DNA of 64,000 bases, taken from the NCBI RefSeq assembly GCF_009914755.1, contig NC_060935.1; one strand, given 5' to 3'. Positions within the stretch are counted from its first letter, which is position 1. Each line of letters starts with the position of its first letter. The position numbers and the translations under genes are program-made. Of the stretch, positions 1-12,923 are shown piece after piece. This DNA is from the human T2T-CHM13v2.0 reference genome, Homo sapiens. The notes below the pieces were generated by a model, which saw only the letters and a program-made list of their open reading frames with translations, was not told the origin of the DNA and did not search any database.

Positions 1-1234
1 GATTTGGGAGAACATTTTCTAAAGCCAGTCTAATCTTGGCCTACCATGTTTTTCAATCTCTTGGGCTCTGTGCATTTACACATCTGTGTCTTCAGGAAAT
101 GAAATTGAAAAATAATCTAGTTTCCCCCACCTTCTGTTGAGGCCAACGCTGTGGAGCACAAAGTCGAGAACTCAGGCTCATGCATGATCTATTGCTTGGG
201 ATGATTGCTGTCACCATTCTCTTCCACTAGAGCGAAAAATGAAAAATTCTATGGAAAACAAATTGCTTCCCATCACGCTCTAAAATGTAGGCTGACACGG
301 GGATGCATTGAGGTGGCTAGAAAGAGCTAAGACAGAGTTTAGAGACGTATGTCGTAATCCAGCTCTTCTGGTTGCTAGAAGTCAAACTTTTGGAACGAGG
401 CAGCCAAGTGAAGTGAAGTATGTGTCCAAGGTAAATTCAGAGGCAGTGTACAAAAAACAAGTGAGTGCACAGAGGAGCAGGGGTCCCCAGCCCAGTGAAG
501 AGTGAAAGTTGGAGGTCATACATGGAGGAAACAGCCAAGCATGTGAAGGATTGGAAAGCAAGGCGGGCCAACTAACCCTGCCTAAAGGGAACTGTTCTCC
601 TCCTCAGGGGGCATTTCCACATAAATCATGCACACACTTTTCATAGTATTTTTAAAAATGCCTTTACCAAGTGTACATAAACCTTCTACAAGAAGTTGTA
701 ACATAATGTAGGGGTGAGAGAAGGGCGAGATAAGCATAATTGAAGTATCCCCAGCCAGGCAGAAAATGGAATTACTGGGTAGACGGGACCATGACATTAG
801 AAAGGTCACACTGGGTCACATAAATTCAGATGTCCGAGTTACCTGCTTTGGACAGTGGCAATTTTACATGAGTCATACTTCAAAGGTTACAGATATATAG
901 CAGATGCCTCTAACCTAACAAACAGTGTGGGTATATCACACGTTAATTTATTCAAACCTTTTCATATCTTATTTAGAGATTATTTTTGTCTGTATAAGTT
1001 TTATTCAGACATACTTGTTTTTATCCTTTAACTACTGTCTTGATTTCTTAAGAGTTTTTTTATTTTATTTTAGCTAGAGTTTGGTCATTAAGTATGTGTT
1101 CACTCTATCCTTATACATCGTGAATACCAAATGTCATCATCAATTTCATGTTCCTCGTTTGTAGAGATTTGGAAGTCCCTACAAAACAAATTATTTCAAT
1201 TTTTGAATTTTCCTCAGCTGTGCTGGTCACTTAA

Positions 1235-2050
1235 ATACAACAAATATTTATCAAAACCAATTATGTTCCAGGCATTGTGTTAGGTTTCAGGAATGTAACA
1301 GAGAAAAAGACAGAAATTAGACCATTACATGTATTCTGAGTGTTATGCGAGGCACTGATGCAGAGGGCATGTGCCAAGTCCAGTGGACTAGCACAGTGAG
1401 GCCTTCATGAGCCAGTCAGAACCGAGAAGGGTGACGACAACTCAGCCCGAGACCATGGGGACTGCATCCTAGGCAGGAAGTGGAACATGCAAAGTCCCTC
1501 AATTGAGAAAGAAGAACCTCTGAGGAATTAGAAGTGTAATACAATAAAACAAAATCTGACATGGCTCCAAAAGGGAAGAAGAAGTAGTTGCTAAAGCTGA
1601 AAATACACAGATGCCACGTCCTGAGGGCTCAGAAACCACAGGAAGGATTTGGAGCTTTATTCAAATTGCAGTGTGGAGCCACCAAAGATTTAATCAGGAC
1701 AGTGACAAGGTCAGATTTCAGGAAATCTTCCTTTCAATGTGGAGATTGAAACAGAGCTGGCAAGAGCAGAAGGAGGACATCCACGTAAGATGAATTTCAG
1801 GAATCCAGATAAGAAAATGAGGAGATCTTGGCTTGGGCCAGGCAAGGCAGTGGAGGTTGAGAAAGGTGGATGGATGTAAAATATATTTTGGAGGAAGAAC
1901 ACAGGAAAAAGACTGAGAGAGAGAAAGAGGGAGAGAGAGAGAGAAAGAGAGAGAGAGAGATTGGGTAATGAGGGGCAGTGATAAGAGGGAAGAGATTAAA
2001 AGTGACTCGATTTCTGATTTCAGCAGTTGGTTGCATGAAGTTTATTATTT
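1235..2050 (-). mobile_element. L2 LINE remnant (3' portion), containing a (GA)n tract at ~1915-1959
   Basis: caacaaatatttat...tgttccaggcattgtgttagg is the reverse complement of the L2 3' end, followed by typical purine-rich L2 body. Confidence 0.6.
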
Positions 2051-2329
2051 GTGAGCTACAGTGATAACTACTATAAGCAATACTAGGAGAATTTTTATGG
2101 AACAATTTTGAGTAAAAATAACATTTCTTTCTCGTTCCTATTTTTTCTAATACCCTTTTTAGTGTTTTCCATAAAAATGTTTGGGCCAACACTTGTTTTT
2201 TGGCAAAAATTCCTGATACCTGCAGAAAGCAATCTATAGTATCATGCTCCAATATGTGTTGTAAGGATCATAGCTTGGGAACTGCTAGCCATCACTGATT
2301 CCAAGATTACTTTCCTGGGTTGTAAAAGA

Positions 2330-2580
2330 ATAATCAGTAGCAACCATTTGTGGAGTTGGTACTACAGGCCAGGTACTTCACTGGTACTTTACATAAATTA
2401 TTTCATTTAACCCTCACAGCAAATATAAGAGGTAGGTATTATTCCTTTTTAATAGAAGAGGAAAAGGAGACTCTGAGAGGTGAGAACATTTTCCAAGGTC
2501 AAGCTGGTAATTTGTGGAACTTGGACATAAAGTCAAAGCCATTAACTCCAGCATTCATGCCCAATCCCTTCCACATCACT
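2330..2580 (-). mobile_element. MIR SINE
   Basis: tttcatttaaccctcacagcaa...gaggtaggtattattcc...gagaggtga...ccaaggtca, the MIR core in reverse. Confidence 0.7.
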
Positions 2581-5500
2581 GTCTCTTCATCGACTGCCTA
2601 GATGCCAGCAACTTACATGCATACTTTATTTTTTCTAAAGTATCTTCCATTATATTTGGCCACTTTTCCACATATCCAAATAACTTTCTGGATTATTTGC
2701 AGCTCATCCATGTGAGCTAAAGTTTTAATTACTTAAGGGAACCTAATGTCTTCTGCAAACTTGGGAGAGTTCTCTATGAATTCCCTTTGACAGATCATTG
2801 GTAAAAATATTAAATTTGATTTGTCCTAGCAACTGTCCCTTGGGGAATCTAGTATTAATACTTGGCCATATAGAAACATGTCAATCTACCCTTGATTTAT
2901 ATCTTAGCTTTAAGCAGCTCTCTGCCTTTGAAAAAAAAAAAGATAGTCTTCTCATTACTCACTTTTCTAAAAGGTATCTGTGATCCTGACACCTTGTCAA
3001 AACTGTTGTGAAAGCCAGGGTAGATTATTTCATGTGTTGTGGTTTATTCACATGCACGTTGACAACATTTTCCAAATTCTGCCTCCTCCAGGTTCAAAGC
3101 TACCTGAACAGCACATAAGTTCATTTTCCTAAGACACTCACAAGTTGCTCCTTCTTTCTCACGACCTGCAGTACCACTGGTAGTTTTGTGCTAAGCTAGT
3201 GAAGGAAAGCATACCAAAGCTTTAGGGAAATCATTTCTTTCTGGGAGGTGCTGCCCATGTCAACCCCAGGTTGGGAAAGAAGCACAAGGCTGTGATGCCC
3301 CAAGGGCAACCTCAATTACTTTATTTAGAAAGGCCCTGAACTCACGATGGTAATGCATACAGGTGGACCAACAAGGTGAAAGTCACAGAGATTCACAAGC
3401 ATACAGAAATGCATTTTATTATTTCTTTGTAAGAGTCAATAAGTTTGTCAGAGTCAATAGATACTTTAAATTGAAGTAAAGAATTAAAAAAGGAAGTGGA
3501 TAGTTTGGGTATTAGTTTAGCTAGAAATACAAAGAAACTTGACTTCTAGGGCAGTACAAATTCAAGCCTTCCACAAACAAACAGTTGAGAGTATGTTTAT
3601 CTTCTTAAAATGTGTGGGTGCCTTCCCACCACTTCACCTGCTCCTCACTGGTGCTTTGTCCCCTCCCTACTACCATTCCTGTCCCGGGGCCTGCAAAGCA
3701 AACAGTGAACATTTACAAATCAAACTTGGTGAACTAAACATTTAGAACCTTAGAGTGAACGATTTTAGTCTCATCCAGTTCCTGCTTCCCCAAGGAAAGT
3801 TCAGATTCTGTGCAGCCTTGATGCATTGGTTTAAAGTTAACTCAGTTTGAACACTAACCCCTCTAATTAGGTGTTTGTTTGAAATCCATGTCTCAGTAGT
3901 CAACTGATCTGATGAAACTGGTATGGTGTGTCTGTATATGTTTGGTGTGGAAATGTAAATGGGTTACAATCCCAGCAAAATAACATCACAGCAGTTCATC
4001 CAGGTCCACATTTCTAATAAAGAATATTGATTGATTTCAGGGATAGCAAAGATCAGTTCTACCCAATTACACTCTTGCTGCCCCTTCTAAAGCAGCATGA
4101 CTCAGGAATTATTTCACGGCACTTAGCCTTTTATATACAACTGCTATTATAAAATGTTCTCTGTGACACATAAAATTATATGTATGTATATGTATCCGTG
4201 TGTGTACAGAATATGCTATGAACATATGCCTAAATGGCTTATCTGAGAAACTCAGCAGAGATTGAGATAAAACACAGCAGGATGAGTCTAAACCATGAAG
4301 TCCAGAAGAAACAAACACTAACAGAAAGGAGAGAGAATCCAAATAAAAAGAAAAGGTGGGAAGAGGTAGATACAGGAAACACAGAAAAAATCCCTTACTG
4401 AAGAGAAGAAAAAAAAAATAGGGCCGCGGAAAGTTAAAGGACAGACAGTGTGCAACCAGTCCAATAGATCTCTAAAACTCTTCTAACCCGGATATTCCAA
4501 TAGTCTAGTCATGGAAGGAGTGTGTAAATATTCTCTTTATGGCTGGATGCCTAGCATAGACTGTATCTAGATAGCCATGTCCCAGCTAGGCTTTAGGGGA
4601 AGATTCCCAAATGGGCAATTAATTTAGATTTAATAGGACCGTTACTGTAAGTTTAAATAAATGCCAGTTAAATATTAACAGCGTATTTATTGAAGATTAA
4701 CATTGCTGGTTGCATTGTGGGATTTTCTTTTCCTTAAAGAAACCCTTTATCAGAAGACTTTTAATCATCTTGACTCTTCCGTCGCTTGCCTCAGATCCAG
4801 GGCAGCTCATTAATTACTTTGTACAACAGTTTTCAACATTCTGAAGTGGTTACCTAGACGAATGGGAAGAATGGAAGGCCATATAAGAAGGGCTATTTCT
4901 GTGCAGGAAGGATTGATGAGTGAATTTGATAAGAGTGTTGAGAAGCATTATAATCCTAGACTATTAGAGTTGGAAATGTCCTGGGAAGCCATCTCATCCA
5001 AACTCCTCATTTAGAAGGCAAGAGGAAGAGAGCAGAGCTATTCCAGTGAGCTGGTAAGGGGCAGACTTAGGGCTGGAATTCCAGACCCTGGATCCCAGCC
5101 CTTTACTGAGCTGTCACCGTACTCTGAAATTGTTCCTTTAATTCTGCAAAAGTGCATTAACCCATTTGAGTGAATTAGTCATTAGACCTTCTCAGTGACA
5201 CACAGATCATGAAGATTTTTTTTTGTTTTTTGACAAACAAAGGAGCTAAAAATTCAAACACAAGCAGTGACTTATCTAAGGTGACAAAATGATGGGCTGA
5301 GTTGAAACTAGAACTCAGGTCTTCTGGTTTACAAAATATATTTGCACAAATGTCACCTCCAATACAAAGTACAGTTGGACCCATATGTTATTATGCAAAT
5401 TCTTATGTCATTAAAATTTATTTTGTCTGCTGTTGTTTTTGGATGGGGAACAAGGAATAAAACCTCTAAAGAAAATGAGGGGAAAAGATCAAACAGAGAC

Positions 5501-6369
5501 AAAAGTTCTAGGTGATTGTTTAGGGAGAATGGAGCACAGGGGTAGAAGTAATCCAAGTTCCTCTGAGAGTTTAAAACCCCAAGTTAAAACCTGGGGTTTT
5601 AAACTCCAAATTTGTACTTGATAAAATTGCCATTCCTAGGGCTCTTTCTGTTTGAGAAGGCACTTCCCTACTCTGGCTGGGCTCAGAAACATTAGAACTG
5701 GTGTATGTGTGTGCCTGTAGATGAATGTCTCCAGGTGACTCTTTCACAGAGGTTACAAGGCCAATCCCTGAATGTAGAAATTAGGAGAGATGAGGCAGGC
5801 CCAAGATGTTCTTATCCAGTGATTTGTTTAAGATGGAGACCTGAGCGTGTTGGGCCTTGCATGGTCGAAGAAGCTTTGGATTCAGCCATCAGGCACCTTG
5901 GAGCAATGAAGGGCTTAAAGGCTTATGGTAGGAGGTCAGACATTGTGGCTCACTTTACAATGGGATGGAGGTGTCCTGTCTTTTTGTCAGGTGGATTGGC
6001 TACTTTTCTGTTGTACTTTCAAAGTTTCCCAGGCTGGTACTGAAAGAGAAAGCTGCCTCCTCTTTTGCAAGCACAGGCTGTTTCCCACAGGCCTAGAGAA
6101 CAGAGGCCTGACAGTGGGGTGGGAGCTGGGGGGCCACGGCTCTTCCTGCTGTGGGTGGTCTAGAGGCTGTGCTACTTCCTCTCTGACTACATCTCAGCAT
6201 GACGTTCCTGCTCTGTCCGCCTTATGCTGTGAACTCTAAGAGCATTCCCAGGGCCTGCACTCAGCAGTCTGCTCCTGGGTTCTCTGCATGAATGTTACCT
6301 GTAGGCTGACTCAGAATGAAGGAAGCACAGCCAATGGCAGCTCCTTCCAGTCCCAGCATGAGAAGCCTG

Positions 6370-6560
6370 GGAGCAGCCAGGCCTGTGCTAAACTCTTTGC
6401 AGCTACTCCCTCATCTCATCCTCACAGCAGTACTGAGCAGTAGGTACCATGAGGACCACTATTTTACAGATTAGATTAGGGCATGTCCCCAAGGTCCCAC
6501 AGCTAGTAATGGAGAGGGTGAATATTTGACTTCTGGTCTGAGTCTAAAACCCAAGGTCAC
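6370..6560 (-). mobile_element. MIR SINE
   Basis: atcctcacagcag...attttacaga...cccaaggtcccacagctagtaa. Confidence 0.6.
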
Positions 6561-9500
6561 GGTCCTTCTTATTGGATAAATATGTACTGAATGAATCCAT
6601 GACTGCATGAACACACAATGTCGATGGCATTAGAGGTTTTCAGTGAGACACAGAGCACTCCCGAGGTGCCCATCCTTAGTTTGTATGAGCACCGTCTGAG
6701 GCTGTCAAAGAAGTTTCTGCTCATGCTCCTTTCCGTCTTGGGTCGTGTAGCGTCTGTGCTGTCTTCTGCCATCCACGAGATTCCTGCCCATGCTTGCCCA
6801 TCCCTTCATCTCCAGCTCACTTTTAAGTCCAGTTTAATGTCACTTCCTTAGGGAAGTTTCCTGATCTTCCAGGCACGATGAGAATCTCCCATCCTGTCTT
6901 TTCCATTTTTTTTTTCTCACAGCATTCATCACAGTTGTATCCACTATTTCATAAAATTCTTTGTTAAATGTCTGTCTCCCCTGCTGGAAGTGCACTTCAT
7001 GCAGGGGAGGCCCACGTTACTTTTGCCTATGTCTCTCCCATTCATTGCTTTCCCTGGCCCTGTTGAGTTGATGAAGGGCTTCCCAATATTCAGAAGTCCT
7101 TCAGAGCACCCCACCCCTCCTAATACCCCTTCCAGTGAAGCTAGAGAACCAAGATTGTGCCTGGGAATCTGGATAAGTGTAATGAGACAAATCACTTCCC
7201 ACAGGCTAGGCAGACCTCAGCTTTTTTGTCTCAGCAATGAGAAAGTTCTCAAGGGCCTATAGGGGAGTGCAGGGTGGAGTTCATTTAATTTTCATGAACG
7301 TTAATGGAAATAAAACCACTGACAAACCCAATAGCACTAGACGACACGCAACTCAAGGGCAGGGGCATGTCTTTATTTTTGTTCCTCTCAACACAGTTCC
7401 TGGTACACACAAGGAACTCAAAATCTGCTTGCTGGTTGATTAACTAATTTGAGTTCAACCAAATAATGTGACACCCAAAGTGATTCTGGGCAATCATGGT
7501 AACCTGTCCTCTGGGGGTCTCTCTCTCGGCCACAGATGATGCAGCAGCAGGAGTTACTGAGTGGTCAGCTCTTAAATATTGTTCTTATCTGACAGGTAGA
7601 GTAGAAAGAACCCTGCTGTAGGAGTCAGGAGTTCTGACTTCTAGTCTGGATTGGCCAGTTTATAAACTTTATGCTCCTACGATCAACTCCTCCTCCTTCC
7701 TGGGGCTCAATCCTTCACTTAAGAAATGAATGGATTATACTAAAGATCTTCCAAGGTCCCTTCTGAATGTATCATTCTGTGATGTTACGAGTCCAGGGTC
7801 TTATTATGACCCAAAACTTAGATAAAAAGGAAAGACTCTGCCCCAAAGACCCCTGGCTCTCAGGCTGTCCCCTTTGGGCACCTGCCTTTCGCTGCGTCGG
7901 CACTTTGATTTTGGCTTGTTCATCCTGCTCCCCCTGACTTTTCTGTCTACCTCCGATTGTTCTATCCACCATCGCTCTGCTTTATGCATCTCTTATAAAG
8001 TTTTATGGGTTTAAAGTCCATAGATAGCCTCACCTTTGCCATTCCTTCATATCCTCCTTCTCAATTCTCTCTATTTGTGACCTCTTTTCTCTCCCTGGAG
8101 CCCTCTTCCCCTTTTCAAGTTGCACCTTTGCTCTTTCTGCTGAAATCCTAACATGTTGGACTATAGCCCAGATGAACCACGATTTTATTTTGATCCTGTA
8201 TTCATAGAGGAGCAAAAAATAGCATATATTTTTCCAGTTCCCAGCCCTTCCCTACTGCCCTAGAGGCATCTCTTTATCCAGATTTACACATCCTTTTCTG
8301 ATTAAATCTTCCAATATCTATTTGATGTCACACCACTCTCTAATGGCCCTGCATTTCCCATCTTCTCGCCTGCACTCCTATGTGAGATCTCCACCAGGAG
8401 AGGGGAGCCTTTAGCCTTTTTCGACGAGGAGAAGCAGAGCTGGCATTTGTTAAGCTAGTGCTCCTCTTTTCGTCTCTTGTGTGTGTGGAATAGTGATAGC
8501 TCTTTAGCTGGCCCCAGCTTGCTCTGGGTAACATGGAGTAAAACAAAAACAACAGCTAATTTCTCTTTCATTGGGAGTTCTTCTCTGTTCCAGCCCTGCT
8601 TCAGTGTACAGATGCCAGGGTTGCCTGAAGTCTCCATCTACTGCTTCCTCACCTGCCTGCCAACCATCCAGAGTACACATGGCAGGCTCTTCTCTCCTCC
8701 CTCCTTTGCAGTCCCAGGATTATTAAAGGGAATATGATTGTTTCCTTTTGCTCAGGGAGTGTGTATGTGTGTACATGTTTGTGAGCTTGAAAGGCATTGT
8801 CCTATAGATATTTTTTATAACCTGAAGCAATTACAGCTGTCAGCACAGAGACAAGCTGTGACAAGTTGATTTATGTGTACAGTATATGTGTATGCACGAA
8901 GGAAGGGAAGAAGGAGACGGAGATGGTGGGAAAGAGGGTGGAGGTGGGCGCTCGTTAGGAATCGGCTTTCAAGGAGGCAGAAAGGAAGTTGTTTCTATAA
9001 AGAACACAAATAATGAAATTGCTTTGAATGTCATCCCTTTTCATTAACTCGGATATGCTGGGAAAAATAAAATAAATCCAGCAGTTTTTATGAAGCAGGA
9101 GACAGGATATAAGATAAGCCACTAAGTGTTGGTCATATTTAGGGATTAAGGGCTGGGAAGTGAGTTGACATATGATTTTGATCTTCATCTTTTCAAACCA
9201 CTTCAATAGCCGGTTTGAATAAAATGGATTTTGTCTTGTTAATTATGTGGGCATCTCTGACCTTTCACCACTTTCTAAACTTCTATGTTTGAATAAAGTT
9301 TGGATCCCTGCGCCCACGAAGCAGGTATGAGGTTGCAAGTGCCTTTTCTTTGCCCTCCCTGTGAGTTACCTGAGCTTGGCTGGGTTTTCTGCTGCAACTG
9401 CTGGATTGCTAAGCTTAGTGCTTTCCCTTCACGGGCAGAGACAAAGATGGTTTGATTGTCTTAGATCAACTGCATGCAGACTGGTAGAAACCAAACATCT

Positions 9501-11849
9501 CAAAGAGCCTGTAAGAAGAATTATTTTCTTGCCCAGACATACTAATGAAGCAATGGCAGGCAAATGTATTAATAAAGCATCTTCCATCTTAAATGGATTT
9601 CTAAGTATTTTCCTGTAGAGTTAATCATATATGTAGGCCCCTCGGGAAAGCCTGTTGTTGTCATTATCCATATCCCTAGATGCAAAAACTAATGCTCCTT
9701 TGTACCTACCTGAAAATTAGATGCAAGAGCCAGGATTAGAATTTATCATGAATCATCCCTGCCATTCTCAGGCCTCTAGGGAAATGACTGCAAAGCTCAG
9801 AATGAGCCCCTCTCCTTTCCCCATGACTAGCATTTGTTTCCACTTGTTGTAGTGAGGATGTGTTTAAGAAGAGGGGTTGAGAGGGAGGAGCATAAGGGGT
9901 GGTTGAAATGAATGGATGAATTATTAGAGGTGACCCCTTGACTTGTGGAGAAGAAGCCCAAATTCAGCAGACTGAAAGTCAGCAAACATATCTCACAGCT
10001 TTAGTATATCATCATATTTATCTTAACGTGGTGAAGTTTTTCAATTTCCTGTTTCCACAATTGCCCGTTGGAAAATGGAGACACAATAGAATCTTCCAAG
10101 AATGGACTAGTGCTAAAGTAGGTTAATTTTCCTCCTTTCCTTTCAAAAATACAAACAAAGATCTTCTGCTCCCCGCAGATGTAATTGTTTATTCCTGATA
10201 GTAAAGTCATTTGTTGCAGCCATAAGTTGACGATTGATAGTTTTGGTGTTATATATCAAATGATCCCCAGTGGCCAAAAGTAGCAGATGAGTTTCCCTGA
10301 GAATTTAATATCAGAAAAGTCACCGGAGGAGAGGAGGGAACAATTGGCCCAATGATGAGTTAATGCAAAGTATTTTGAGATATTCACTGTAAAGTCGCTT
10401 CACTCTTGCTGGCTAAGCACGTCCTAGTCAACTATGACAATGGAAAGGCAAGCCGTCTTAGTCTTTCTTTGTTACCCAGGAGTGTGGTTTCCACTTCTCC
10501 AAAGCCTACTTCTGTCCTATCTCTATAGTTAGTGTGAGGGAGATTTGATTGGTGAAATGTTTGTGTCCTCTCCAACGTGGTATCTACATGTAAGTGATTG
10601 GTACTGCTCGAAGGTTGCCAGAATGAGTATTGTACCGAAGCCCTTATGGTTATATGACTCAGTTATAATGGTTCAGTCTCTTTGATACCGGATGGCTTTT
10701 TGGAAGACCATTTTTCTGTTATTTAACAGTTGTTAACAACAACAACAACAAAAAGCTTCCTGGTTGTGTTTGATAGAGTCTAGGGGAAAAACAAAGCCAC
10801 TGTTGCCTCCTCTCCATCCCCAAGGAGAATGTGGGTCAGGGCTGGAGGCCGGCTCTGGGAATCCCTGAGAAGGGAGCATTATTAATGTCACCACCACTGT
10901 GCCTGCTGAGCTGCTCTGTGCTTCCCCCTTGCACAAGGACCAGGCCCAGCCAGGGAAAGGAAACGCAGGCCATTCCCTCAGAGCCGAAGTTAAGGGAGAA
11001 ATAATAATACAGGCACAGGAGGACCAGCAGCAGCCAGAGAGGAGAAGTGACAGGGACCGAGGCAAATCCAGTCTCTCCCCGGGTTTCAAGAATTTGAGAA
11101 ACACACCTCTTAAAGATGAAATCAGCTGTGCGAGAGTGTGAGGCCCAGGAAACCTGGGAGTCTGCTGTATAAATACAGCAAGTGGCTCACACTCATCCAC
11201 CCAAGTGAGCACTTTTGCAGGCCCAGCATCTTTTAATGGCGACAAAACAAGAATAAAGAATGTAAGTGGGTGTCTGAACTTGACCAACATTTTGATGATG
11301 CGATTTTTCCAGTTTCGCACACTAAGAGGCTTCTGTGATTTTGGATTTGTTTTATATATGGCAGATCTCTAGAATGGTAGTGTTGAGTCTCTGGGGTTTT
11401 GAGCAGCTTTGTGGGGGGCTGCTGGGCGGGTGCTGTACTACTGAATAACTATGAGGTTCTTCTAAAACATCCTCCGAACACTCTGAGTTTACTCTGAATG
11501 CTAATGGGATTAATCTGATCATTTTAAAGGTGCATGTATGCATGCTGCAGGGTGTTCCTTTCCCAGTTAATTAGTTTGTGACCCTTATTAAGATGTCTCA
11601 AGTCTGAGGCTGATTAAGGCTGCATGGTAACTTTGTCTTTTTTCCTAATTTGGAAGCGCGTAAATGGTTAAACTCCTGGCCTGGGCTGGGCTGGTGCACA
11701 GCCTGGGCCCGGCGCGGCGGGGGTTAAGGTGGGCGCCCGCGCCCCGCGCCCCGCGCCCTCCCGCCGGGATGAGAGCGCAGTCCGCGCCGCCAGCCCGCCC
11801 GCTCGCTCCGAGGCGGCACCGGGAGAAAGTGGCGGTCAGGGATGGAGCT

Positions 11850-11863
11850 GCTGCCATGACAAC
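11850..11863. promoter_or_regulatory. RFX X-box-like site in the promoter
   Basis: GCTGCCATGACAAC, 12/14 match to GTTGCCATGGCAAC. Confidence 0.45.
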
Positions 11864-12756
11864 CCCGGCGGTCGGGGCCCGCGCGCGTCGGGGCTGCTCC
11901 CGGGAGGAAGGCGGCGCGGAGGCCGGGGGCGGCCGCTGAGCTTGGCGTCCGCGCGGCTCCGGTGCGGGCTGCGCCGCGCCTTCCCCAGCGAGCTACCGAG
12001 CTTGGGGCCGCCGCGGTCCGCTCCCGCCGCCCGGCCTCTCCCTCCTCGGCCACCGCCGCAGCCCCTGCCCCGCCGAGCCCCGCCGGACAGCGGCGGCCGC
12101 AGCGCGCATTTGGGCTCCGAGGAAGTTGACCGAGGCGGCTGCCGCAGGATCCCGGGCCCGGATCGCACGAAGCCCGCGCGGCCGTCTCCTCCGCGCGCCA
12201 CCCCTGCGCCTCCCGCGAGCTCCACTTCCCATCTGCTATTGTTTCCGATTGTTTTCCGGTGGCGAGCCCGGCTCCGAAACTTACAAAGTGTTGGATGTCC
12301 CCCGTTCGAACTGAGGGACTGCAGACCGCCTCTGGGTAGCTGGATGAAGCCCACCCCGTCCCCTTCTGGTACCAAAGTGCTTACTCCTCTCCAAAGTGCC
12401 GTGTCTGAACTGCCGCTGGGAAGAAGCGGCTCCTGAGACGCGCCCACACCTTTCACCTGCCGCGCGCTTCCCCCTCCTCGGCCACCTTCCCGGCGGAAGC
12501 AGCGAGGAGGGAGCCCCCTTTGGCCGTCCTCCGTGGAACCGGTTTTCCGAGGCTGGCAAAAGCCGAGGCTGGATTTGGGGGAGGAATATTAGACTCGGAG
12601 GAGTCTGCGCGCTTTTCTCCTCCCCGCGCCTCCCGGTCGCCGCGGGTTCACCGCTCAGTCCCCGCGCTCGCTCCGCACCCCACCCACTTCCTGTGCTCGC
12701 CCGGGGGGCGTGTGCCGTGCGGCTGCCGGAGTTCGGGGAAGTTGTGGCTGTCGAGA

Positions 12757-12923
12757 ATGGGGGTCTGTGGGTACCTGTTCCTGCCCTGGAAGTGCCTCGT
12801 GGTCGTGTCTCTCAGGCTGCTGTTCCTTGTACCCACAGGAGTGCCCGTGCGCAGCGGAGATGCCACCTTCCCCAAAGCTATGGACAACGTGACGGTCCGT
12901 CAGGGGGAGAGCGCCACCCTCAG
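12757..12923 (+). CDS. NTM: First coding exon (exon 1b) of an IgLON GPI-anchored adhesion molecule, most likely neurotrimin; encodes the signal peptide and start of Ig domain 1 (partial CDS, 55 codons + 2 nt)
   Basis: ATG at 12757 (gagaATGG, good Kozak). The translation matches the recognised NTM/OPCML N-terminus, with a hydrophobic leader and an NVT sequon. Donor CAG|GTAGGG at 12923/12924, phase 2. NTM is preferred over OPCML from the recalled 5' UTR (..ggagttcggggaagttgtggctgtcgagaATG); the coding part alone cannot discriminate. Confidence 0.88.
12839..12923 (+). CDS. NTM: Internal 85-nt exon portion used by distal-promoter (1a) transcripts via an acceptor inside exon 1b
   Basis: Pyrimidine tract and acceptor ctgttccttgtacccacAG|GAGTGCCC (AG at 12837-12838). 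It is phase 1 within the Gly28 codon, consistent with known IgLON 1a/1b isoforms converging at [11 protein letters not shown]. Confidence 0.75.

Noticed and set aside
7575-7602. Other AG|GT motifs (7595, ~20483, ~24782, ~39173) as recursive splice sites
   Set aside because: Short or interrupted pyrimidine tracts and weak donors; the expected background frequency in 64 kb.
11163-11180. Inverted repeat TGCTGTAT-AA-ATACAGCA containing TATAAA
   Set aside because: About 500 bp upstream of the CpG island and short enough to be chance; the resemblance to a bacterial SOS box has the wrong spacing and is irrelevant here.
10733-11320. 195-aa minus-strand ORF upstream of the promoter
   Set aside because: Non-AUG start, no recognisable homology and no supporting splice structure.
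12074-12095. REST/RE1-like sequence (…ggacagcg…)
   Set aside because: Only the right half-site matches; the left half and spacing are non-canonical.
12757-12923. Assignment of the exon to OPCML
   Set aside because: The peptide fits equally well, but the upstream UTR differs from the OPCML leader as I recall it. Not fully excluded without an alignment of the flanks.
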